A DNA stretch of 64,000 bases from Marsupella aquatica (taxonomy: Eukaryota; Plantae; Marchantiophyta), in assembly GCA_973895155.1 (NCBI GenBank), contig OZ316891.1:27841045-27905044 (forward strand), written 5' to 3'. Made by a program: the position numbers and the translations under genes. Below are positions 52,071 through 62,870 of this stretch, piece by piece. The notes beneath the pieces were generated by a model. It saw only the letters and a list, made by a program, of their open reading frames with translations. It was not told the DNA's origin and did no database searches. How positions within the stretch are numbered: the stretch's first letter is position 1; every line of letters begins with the position of its first letter.

Positions 52071-54353
52071 TACAGGAGGTTCCATCAAGGAGCTGCGAGA
52101 ACTTATATCTGTGGGAGCGAGTTTGGGCTGAGGTGCGAGAAGGTCAGTTGTGCAATTTTGCGCTTCTTCCCCTTCTGGCCATTTGTTCATTCTGCATTTT
52201 TGCTTTGCTTTTGCCAATGTGCTACCAATGTGCTGTCAGTCCATGAATCCAATGTTGCCTTCTTGTTCTGTTGCTTAGTGTCTGCTAGTATGCTTATGGC
52301 AATGACAGAGAAGCTCCGATTGCTAAGAGACTATTTGCTCTCTCTTTCTCGCTCTCTCTCTGTCCCTCTCTCTCTAAGTGCCTGAGTTTTGCACCAGTTT
52401 TTGAATGTCTACAATGTTGAGTTCCCTTTGCAGAGAAATGTGAATGCAGTTTTCGAATGTCTAGAATGTTGAGTTCCCTGACGTGATGCGATGGAGCATC
52501 CTGGACGCGCACTGATTGTAGCAGTTGTGCGTGTCGTCGGCACTGTCATGGATTGGAGAAGGAAATCCCATAGAACTAGCCATTGCACTTTCTCGCACAA
52601 TGCCTGCATTTCCTTCCCTGTACCATGCTAGCTCCACTGCGACCTTCCACTGCTATCTATGTTGATTCCTTCCACTGCTACAAAATTCTGCTTTGCAATG
52701 GCATCCCAATGCTCATATGTCCCAGTAAAATTCGGGTAGACATAAGTATTAGGCGCGGACTCTTCTCTCTCTGCCTGCCCAAGATCAGGGTTTACTGGTT
52801 CTAATTGCTAATTCAGTCCCCATTTAGAAAGACCTAAGAAATTTAACTATCTTCGAGCTTTATTGTTTGTTTTGGCAAAATCTTCCTTTGCGGCCAGCAG
52901 CTGAGGCCCAGCGTCCACGATGTCCGATACATTTTTCAAGACATAAGTAAGCTGGCTGGGAAATGCCTTTCTCCTCAATCTCAAGAGATGATTTTTCTGG
53001 AGTCTGCTCACGTATTGCTCTTGCTTGTCCAGAACCTGAACAGCTATTTACCACAACTGAATCAAGTGCCCGAGTTCTGACCAAGTTGTCCTTTGTCTGT
53101 CTGCTGTTGATTTCTGATTGCTACTTGTTGGATTTGTCTGCTATGTTCAATTCAGTTTGTTGTCTTGTTGTCGTCTGACAATGTTTGTGGTGCAAGGTGA
53201 GCTTGATCTCTTATTATTACAATGTAGTCCTTAGTTTTCCATTGTATGATGTTTTCCTTAGTCTGTCTATGTTCCTCAATGAATTGGTTTCCTTACTCTT
53301 CTTTTGACATCCCTCTGTATCATAGCCCTTTTCTTTTCTCTTTTTTTTACTGAAGAGAAGTGCAAGCATGTATGGTGAATCCTCACTTGATTCCAGCAGC
53401 GACTCTGTAGAATTTTGTCGCCAAAAAGTTTCAGAGTTTCGTGTGTGGTTTGCCAACTGCTGTGCCACCTCAGAGAATTCCTTAGTGGCTTTTGTACAAG
53501 CCTTGCTCTTCAACTATGGTAATTTACAGCTAACTGTCTGATGTTCACACAACATCCATACACAGCAATGAATACAACTCCATGAATACAGCCACATGAT
53601 TTCCTTTGGTCTGCAAACTGGACAAAACTAAACTAAAATCAGCTTGGTCAATTTTAAATCCTTCGTAAGGGTCTCTGACAGCAGCCCGGTATAGTCATTT
53701 GTGCACGAAGATAGAGTACGGTGCAGCTTTTGAAAAAGTGGGTGGACCAGCAGCTTGTTGAGAGTAAAGCAACTTATGGTTCTGTAACAGATGTGTGCAG
53801 CAGCTTAAGATGTAGAAGGCACACAATAAAACTTGATTTTTACAGATTTAAAAAAGGGCAGGGTGAGTGAGCACTGCATGTTGAACTCACAGGTCCGAAT
53901 CTTGATTTGATTTCGCTGCTAAAATTCGTATCTCTTGCCTGAGTCCCAGTTTGCTGGAGTTTTGTTGCTCTCTGTGCTTTGTTGTGCACATTGTTGTGTT
54001 TGCTCTGTCCATTTTAAAACTTGAGAGCCAAATGAATGCTTTGCTGAAACTCAATTGCTATTTTTTCTGTGTTGCCCTTACAGATTTTAAAAAGGCAGGG
54101 TGAGTGAGCACTGCTGTACAGCAAGCAAAGGCATACAGGTTGCAATATTTGTGATTGCTTCCAATCATCTAGGCCAAGGTTATTTGCGCTGCTCAGTCCT
54201 AAATGCTTTGCCATCTATAAAGCATTGGTTTATGTTGCACCCTTGTGGTTACATGTCATATTTTATGCTGCACCCTCATTCTTTTGTGTCATACTGCACC
54301 CTGTTATTCCTTCTTGTTTCACAATCTGATGTAGGGTCTGAGTGTGCAGGACC

Positions 54354-55013
54354 ATGGCTCGCAATAAGCAGAAGGCCATGAATCGTTGCAGAGGTGAATC
54401 CTCTCAAGCACCTCAATTGTCCTTATATTCAGACATTGAGATTAACCAGAATAGTCCACATGTATGTGCGATTTGTGATGAGGGAGGGGATCTCATTGTT
54501 TGTGATGGGCCTTGCCACCGACATTTCCATAAGAATGTTTCCTGTCCTTTGGGTCAGCAATGGCTATGCCCAACTATATCCCTCGCTGATGGCCATGTTG
54601 GAGAATGGCTTTGTGTTGATTGCAAGAATGAGGAACATTCTTGCTTTAAGTGCCATGTGTCTGGAAAAATTGGTGAAGAGGTAAGAAAATGTCCAGACTC
54701 TCTCTGTGCCCGGTTTTACTGTCGGCAGTGTTTGGTTCCTGGCACAGCATCATGTGGACTCCATATTTGTCTTACTTGTGGACAGGGGCCCAATGATGGG
54801 GCTAATGGCTTTTTGGTTCAGTGCATGAGGTGTCCTAAGGCATGGCACAAAGACTGCCTGCTGTTTATCCAGCAGAGGGGATTTGCCCATGATCGAACAA
54901 TTTGGGATCACTCAGCGCATGGGCAGCCCAAGAAGGGGATGTTTTACTGTCCTGACCATGACATTGACCCTACACTAGGCACTCCTGCTAGGAGCCACAT
55001 ATCTTGGATTTGA
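54354..55013 (+). CDS. CACTA-borne stand-alone EDM2-like PHD-finger cluster protein (219 aa) with H3-tail-like N-terminus
   Basis: ACCATGG context just after a TGCAG acceptor; CAICDEGGDLIVCDGPCHRHFH..C..WLCVDCKNEEHSCFKC..C..C..CGLHICLTC..QCMRCPKAWHKDCL..YCPDHDIDPTLGTPARSHI follows the EDM2 PHD layout as I recall it. Confidence 0.85.
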   Translation: MARNKQKAMNRCRGESSQAPQLSLYSDIEINQNSPHVCAICDEGGDLIVCDGPCHRHFHKNVSCPLGQQWLCPTISLADGHVGEWLCVDCKNEEHSCFKCHVSGKIGEEVRKCPDSLCARFYCRQCLVPGTASCGLHICLTCGQGPNDGANGFLVQCMRCPKAWHKDCLLFIQQRGFAHDRTIWDHSAHGQPKKGMFYCPDHDIDPTLGTPARSHISWI

Positions 55014-55610
55014 TTGAGGCTGGATCGAACACAAACTTGAGATAGAGCTTTTTGATGGTTTCACGTGGACTTAAACAATTTTCAGAGTGCTAAAACATGT
55101 GGACTATTTATATGCAGTTTGATGAACTCCTCATGTATACACACTCTACGACAGTGCATTGCGGATTGAGGCAATTAATTTTGAGAAATCAACTTTATTA
55201 TCTTTTCCAGGGTAGGATTCTGATTTTCAAGCATGTACTTTGAGTGTGACTTTCCTCCATATTGATGTCTAAACTTCACTTGTAAATTTGTCACTGGTGT
55301 CACAAACGTTACTTATTCCAGACCTGTCTGCTCACATTCCTAATAGGCAAACAAATACTGGAAATGATGAAGGCACAGAGATTTACGTTCATAGTATCAT
55401 TCTGATGACACTGTATGTGATGCTCTATTTGTATGCAAGGAGAAGGTGCCCTACTACAGTGGATTTGAGAAACTGGGCTCTGTGGGTTTGAGCAATTGGA
55501 CTGTGGTTGGCATCGGTTGTACAACTGTGACGGTAGGCCCAATTTTGTATGCATGTCACTCTGATTCAGTTTGAAAATCATAGTTTGAATACAATTTCAA
55601 TCAAGCTAGC

Positions 55611-58600
55611 ATGGCACAATTGCCACAGAATACGTTAGGTGTGGGTAGAACTCCAAAGTTGCCGCTCTTCCATCCAGCTAGAGTACAACATCGTGATGAT
55701 GCTTTGTGGGTTCGAGAACAGAAGGCCTGCCACAAGAGTGGGGACCATAAGATGTACTGCCCTTGTGTGAACTGCAAAGGGAATTATAGGACTAATCGGA
55801 ATACTGCTAGACTGCACCTTATTAAACATGGTCGGTACCCTGCATGTCGAGTGTGGGTGGGAGAGGGACAGGACTCTTCTGATGAAGAGTGGGGTGCTGA
55901 CTACATGTCACAACATGGCCCTGAGGCATTGAGGGTAGCAAACCTTCAGCAGGCAACCTGTGCACAACAGCCAACTGTAGATGTTGAAGAACATTTATTT
56001 GTAGATGTTCCAGAGTATCCAACTGTGGATGTTCCAGAGTATCCAACTGTGGATGTTCAAGAACATCCAACTATAGATGTCGAAGAACATATCAGGGCTC
56101 TACTGGAAGAAACGTTGCTGAGAACCAGTGAAGAATCCCCTGAGCATGAGCTAGATGATCAGGACCGTTTTGACTTGGATTTTGTACTTGGGGATGATGA
56201 GAGTGAAGGAGGTGCCCATCCTGTAAACCCCCTTGAAACCTCCAAAACTCCTGTGGAGACTGATCCTGCACAGTTATCTTTAGATGCAGCAATGCAACCT
56301 TTGTTCCCAGGCAGCAAAATAGATGTTGTGTCATTCATGTTGCTTCTGCTGAACATCTGTCATGGCCATGGATTCTCAAACAAAGGAGTGAATGCATTGT
56401 TGTCTTTGATGGGGGAGCATGGTATGCCTACAGAGCATAATCTGCCCAAGAACTTATATGCTGCAAAGCAGCTATTGAGAAAGCTTGGCTTGGATTATGA
56501 GAGAATCCCTGTCTGTGAGAAAGGTTGTATGCTCTTTAGGGGTGAGAATGCCAAGTTAGAAAACTGTTCAGTGTGTCAGCAGCCCAAGATGAAGAGAGTG
56601 GGGAATTCATTACAGGCAAGGAAGGTAGTGCGGTATTTCCCTATAATTCCCAGGTTGAAGAGATTGTATGCCACTGCTGGTACATCTAAACTCATGACTT
56701 GGCATCATGAGAATAGAAGCACAGACAACATGGTTCGGCACGCAGCAGATTCAAAGGCTTGGAAGCATGTGGATACAAATATTGATCGGGAATTTGCAGC
56801 TGAACCAAGGAATGTGCGATTTGGGTTGGCACTTGATGGGGTGAATCCCTTTGGGAATAATTCCACAGCTTGGTCTACCTGGCCAATACTGTTGTTGAAT
56901 TACAATTTACCTCCTTGGCTTACCACCAAGAAGTTCTTTGTCATGCTAGCTATGCTGATTCCAGGACCTGATTCAGTAACAGAGGAACAGCTAGACATAA
57001 TATTGGGCCCATTCTATGAGGAGTTGGAGCTGTTGTGGAAGAAAGGAGTGCCCTGCTTTGACAAATTGCCACGCCCAGGATTGTCTCAACACTTCAACCT
57101 TAGGGCTGTGCTATTGTGGACAATCAATGATTACCCTGCATATGGTTTAATATCTGGACAACAACACTCTGGATACAAAGGATGTGTCATCTGTGGGCCA
57201 GAATGTGTGGCACGTGGTTCTAAGCACTTGCAGAAATTAGAGTACAGTGGCCACCGTCGATGGTTAGCAACAAGGCATCTTTTTCGTAGACCAGATAGTG
57301 CACAATACTTTGATGGTGCAATTGAGAGTCGACCTGCACCGTGTAGAATGACAAGCTCTGATAGAAAGAAGTGGGGAGACGAGACAACAGAATATTTGAA
57401 GAAGGGAGGAACCAAGGTTGAGGATGAGAAATGCCCCATAAAGGTGCATGGAGTGAAGAGGGCTACTGGTCTGTACAAGTTGCCCTATTGGAATGTAAGA
57501 CTCCATACTACTACAATGAATTTCTGCAATCTCTTCATATGACTTTGAAATATATTCTCTTCATATACTTCCTGTAGCCCAGATTTTGTAATTGTTGTAT
57601 TCAATGCACTAATTTCTGAATTGTGTCCACTGCACAAACTACTGCCCAGTGATGCCAAAAGTTGTATTCAATGCCCTAATTTCTGAATTGTGTGTCCACT
57701 GCAGAAACTACTCATTAACCATTGTCTAGATCCCATGCACTGTGAGAAGAATCTTGCACACAACATTGTGCACACTATCATTGGGACCAAGGACACTCCT
57801 TCTGTGAGAGAAGACATGAAGCTCTTACAGGTGCGCCAACACCTATGGCTTGTACCCAATCCAGCTCCCAAGCGTAAGGATGACAAATTGTTGATGCCCC
57901 CAGCCCCATATTGCCTGAGCAAGAAGGAAAGAACAAGGTTCTTGGAGGTTTTATTGACCTTGAAAGGGCCCACTGGTTTTTCAAGTTCTTTGGCAAAGTG
58001 TGTTACAAAATCCAAGAAACTCTCTGGGTTGAAATCACATGATTTCCACCAACTCATGCAACAGATTCTCCCTCTGGCAACAATGGGATTACTTGATGAA
58101 GGGGTTCGCTTGGCCATAGCTGGGGTGAGCAATATCTATCGCCAGATCTGTACGAAGGTGTGGGACCCTTCAATGTATGAGAATTTGATGATGGATGTTG
58201 CATTCACTCTCTGCATTTTGGAAATCCATTTTCCACCAAGCTTCTTTGATGTCATGACCCATTTAATGATTCACCTAGTGGAGGAATTAGACTTGTGTGG
58301 CCCAGTTACAGGCAGATGGATGTACCCAATAGAGAGGAACCTGAAGGTATTGAAGGGTTATGTACGAAACAAGGCACGTCCAGAGGCTTCTATGGCTGAA
58401 GGCTATGTATTAGATGAGTCTTTGGGATTTCTTTCTGAATACATGATTGATGCAAAGGGAGAGGGAAAACGAACCTGGGAGTTGGAGGAGGATGCTGGCG
58501 TTGCAGGCATTGTTTTGGAAGGGGCTGCAAAGGCGATAACTTTGGATTGGTCTGAAATGATGGCCATGCATCATTATATATTAGAGAATGAAGAGACAGT

Positions 58601-59604
58601 GGCTCCATGGTATAGGTACATAAACCCTAGAAACTCTCCTATCCTTAGGCATATGGATCATAATTATGTTTCCCCATTGTGTTTGTATATTCATGGTGGA
58701 TCGTGCACTAATGTCTTCAGTGTTGTTGTTGCCATGCAGGATATATGATGCTACCAATGAGACTGTTACCAAACGAAGAGTGGATTTCCGGAAGGAGTGG
58801 ATGAGGAAGCCTGCCAATCGAAGAAAACCAGTGGAATTTCCCGTAGACTGCCAAGAATTGCCACCTTTCAGGGAATGGTTTCAAACATTAGTCAATACCC
58901 ATAATTTTGAGAAAGAGTCTGAGCGGTCATTACTATCTGCATACTCCACACCACCTAGTTTGAAGGCACGACTGTATAGGGCATGTAGAGCCTATGGGCA
59001 CCATTGGAGGACTATTCCATCCTTGGGGTGTTTGAGTGATTGTGATTCTGGTGCTTTCAGCACTTTTGATTCTGGGATGGCTTCTACATTCACTGAGAAG
59101 CGAGTGGACAGGTCTGGTGCAACCATAGAAGAATCTGTACAGTATGTAGGGGCCTTGACAGATATCTTGGTACTGAATTATGGCAGCTTGAGGAAAGAGG
59201 TGATTCTTTTCAAAGGGAAATGGGCAGATCCATCATGGACTCCTAAATCCTCTGCCAGTATGAGGTATACCAAGTCTGGTCTTTGGCAGGTGAATTTCCA
59301 TAGAGAACTGGGTGTGTCCAAGAAAATGGATTACGTTTTCCCAAAGCAAGTGGAGCAGGTTTTCTTCCACCCCAATGAGAAGGGGATAGCATGGAGAACA
59401 ATCCTCCACAAAGAATCCAGGTCCACAAGGGTGTTAGGTGATTACACAGACGTTGATTTCCATGCTACAATGGAAAACAATGTCAAATTACACATCGAAT
59501 TGGCTAAGGCCTGTAGGTCCAGAGAAAATCCAGGACCAAGTACTGGTCCCAAACGAGGCAGAGATGCAGAGGGATCTGCAAGAAAGGGCAGGCCTAAGCA
59601 GTGA
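55611..59604 (+). CDS. CACTA transposase (TnpD/TNP2-like), exons 55611-57494, 57705-58615, 58740-59604; 1219 aa, intact
   Basis: CPCVNC..HL N-terminal domain, LALDGVNPF, WTINDYPAYG, DPMHCEKN, GLKSHDFH, PPSFFDVMTHL, RWMYPIER, YVFPKQVEQVFF; 3660 nt in frame. Confidence 0.95.
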
Positions 59605-59702
59605 ATAGGTTTTAGCTAGGTGTGTGAAGTCCATAGATGGACTACATGTATGGACTATTTATGAAATCAGACTAATGGTTTATCCATTTGTGCAGTTGGT
59701 GA

Positions 59703-62700
59703 ATGCAGCCTGTGAAAGGAAGATTGCAAGGGTTGTCACATTCTGTGAATCCTTATGAGGAGGCCCGAAATCGGAACATAGAGCATAATGTCAGAATTAT
59801 GCGTGATCTAGGACTGGGGCCAGACTGCAAGCTGATGTGTGTGTTGATATGTCTATTGCAAATTTGATTCAGTAGATGGAGTTGTCAGGTTCATGTTCTG
59901 TTTTCATATTCCAGATTGGTCTCATACTAGTATGGATCCTGTACATAAGTACTAGTGTTATGGTGTTGTAGATTCATTTTGCATGTATGTTTGATCTGCA
60001 TTGGTGTATGTTGATGATTGCTTTGTTCCTTAGAGGCCCAACCACACATGTACAACGAGAGAGAGGAAAGCCTGCTTTGGTGAAAGGTACTTCAACTGAA
60101 ACATTGCCAAAGAGGAGGAGCTCTAGACTATCAGAAGTTACCAAGGTGAACATGGCAGAGTTTGGTGATGATGGCTATGGTTCTCCTTCTGAGTATGACA
60201 CTGAGGATTCTGACATTGGAGGGTCAGAACCAGAGAGTGCACAACAGGTAATGCTTGAACTTCATCATCCTAATAGGAAGGGATCCTTGTCCCTTTTTCA
60301 AATTATATGTTGATATGCTTACGTTGTCCATGATGTAGGTACAGAAACAAAATCGTGGTCCTAAGAAGACTGGGCCTGGTGGAGGTGGGCTAGTGAGATG
60401 TTGGAAAGACCCAGACACTGGACTCTTATATGAAAGTGAGTGGATTGTACTGTTCTACTTTTCAGGTGTGTTTGGAAGTTGATATTCTACTTGGAAATGA
60501 AATTAATTGAAGTGCTTTGGTGTTGTGTGTTTGTTTAGTGGTTCCATCAGCATCTGAAGGCAGATCAGGTCAATCTGATGTACTACATTCCAGAGGATCT
60601 TCAGGTAATACACAATCTGCTCGTGTTGCATATGCAAGTACATTTGCTCAACTTTTCAATCATGTACATATTTTTTGATTGAATGCATGTGTGTGCATTG
60701 CAGGAGGGGCCTCTGAGATGCGCAGGGAACGAAGGCATGCTAAGAAGCAGTTTGATAATACTGCCAAACAACGAAGGGATTGCGGAGAGGTGCCCAAACA
60801 CATTAAAGTGAGTATTGTACTTGTTTGTAGATTTAGACAAATCTGATCCTCTCTGTTGTTGTGTGTATAAAACCTGGACTCTGCATAAATTCCAGAGTTA
60901 TGATCTGACATTGTCTATGAAATGCAGATTTATGACAATGATATTGATGATTCTGATGGCAACAAACAATACTGGCTGGAGGAACTTCGTGGCAACGTAC
61001 TCAGAGTCTTTGATGTATCAAAGCCAAAATGGACTGATCATCCACAAGTTCATACAACCACAGTGTGGAATAACATGGCAGCTGAGTGGGAGTATGTGGG
61101 TGGGGAATTTATTAACACCAAATTCCAGAGTCATTGTCGTGGCATATTGAAGAGAGAGCGCCATAAAATGCATGTTTATTGGAAGAAAGTTTGCAATGAG
61201 GATCCAACCAAACTTGGGCCATCTGGTGTTGATCCAAAGAAATGGGCAGCTTTGGTATCTCATTTTACCAGTCCAGCATTGATATCTTTGAGTAAACAGA
61301 TGACTGATAAAAGAGCACGAGTGCAAGATACCTCTCACTTTGGAAGGGGAGGGCATGCTGCAGCAGCAAAGAGAATGGTAAATTGTCTATCATTTTCACT
61401 ATCAATTCTGTCTTGTTTGTGAATCTTGATGAAAACAAACTCTGTGATTTCTCATTCATTGTGTGTTTGAACAGAAGCAGAAGAGAGGATCAAGCCCAGG
61501 TATATCTGACCTGAAAGAAAACCATGGTAGTCAGGGTTCATTGCCAAAGGTGACAATGAGCCCATCATTGGCAAGTGCAGAAGGTCAGACTGGTAGTTTT
61601 GTGGGAGCAAAGGTGAGCCCATCATTGGCAAGTGGGGAGGGTAAAAGTGCTAGCTTACTGGGGCAAGGAAACAGACATGGATCAGCTGTGAGTATTGTCA
61701 TACCAATTTGATTTGTACATCATTCTCCATTTGACAGAGCCAGTGTTGTGTCGTTTGTAAGTTTGACAGTGAGACTGTTGTGTTGGTTTGTGGTTCATTT
61801 ACAGACCCCACATTCAAAAGAAGAGATCACTGCCATTGGGGCTGTGAAATTGGATGTCGCTGAGTTGAAAGGCACTGTGAGGGAGTTGACAAACATGATG
61901 ACTACGTGGATGGCACATCACCCCAGTAATGCACAAGTTCCAACAGTTGTGCCTAGTCACAGTAAGTTGACTACAACTACCAAACAAGGTAGTAGAAAGC
62001 GATCTCTTACTTTTTCAGGCGATAATGAAGGTAAAATTCTCTATCATGTATACACTGTCCATTCAATGTAATTATTGTGATGTGTATATGTCATTGCATG
62101 TTTATAATGTTCTTGCATGTTTTTAGTGTGATTATATGTTGCTGGTGTATACATGTTTGTTTATGCATTTCTTTTGTGTGTGTTTTATGACAGCATCTTT
62201 AGGGGAGCCTCCTGTGTCGCAGGGAAGACCAACTGACACAGCTAACAGTACTCTAAAGCAAACTGAATTGGAAGTGAACCTTTTGCCATCTAAGTTGCCC
62301 AAAGAAGCCATTTCAGATGTCTTTCAGTTGCCAGAGGATAAGTCGACTCAGTTGACACCAGATGTAACCCCAGAATCATCTGAGTTGCCAAAAGAAACTC
62401 CCATTCCAAGTGAACAGGATGACACTCCATCAACTAGAAAGGGAAAGAAGAAAAGGAAGAAAGGATCCTCAGCAAATGCATCACCTGCACAGAAGAAACC
62501 AATGCAGTCTCCTAACCCCGTTGCAAAGGTAAATGTGTGTTTGATTTGAGTGTTCTTCTATCTTTCAATTTCTGTTTATTGCATTTTTAACAAAATGTGT
62601 TGTTCACAGTTTGCAAGAGGAGATTTGGTGAAGATGAAGAGCGTTGTGGACAATTCCATGATAGTGGCAGAAGGTGAGGTGACAGGGCTGCCAGGAGAAG

Positions 62701-62870
62701 ATAAGTTTCATTGTGCAGATTTTGAAAGCCCTTTCTTGCGAGTGCGTGTGATTGAAGTGTTTGTAGATGTGGCATTGCCATTTGCCAATTCAGGGGAGAA
62801 CCAGTCTAAATTATCTGATGTGAAAGGGATGAATGCCCTATGGAACTCTAGATTGCTTAAGAAGCAATAG
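59703..62870 (+). CDS. CACTA ORF2 (TnpA-like), ~10 exons; some exon boundaries uncertain
   Basis: Exons flanked by AG/GT sites; PSGVDPKKWAALVSHF..SKQMTDKR..SHFGRGGHA (Ptta/En-Spm ORF2-like) and C-terminal IVAEGEV..RVRVIEV..LPF..LW (Tnp1-like). Confidence 0.78.
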
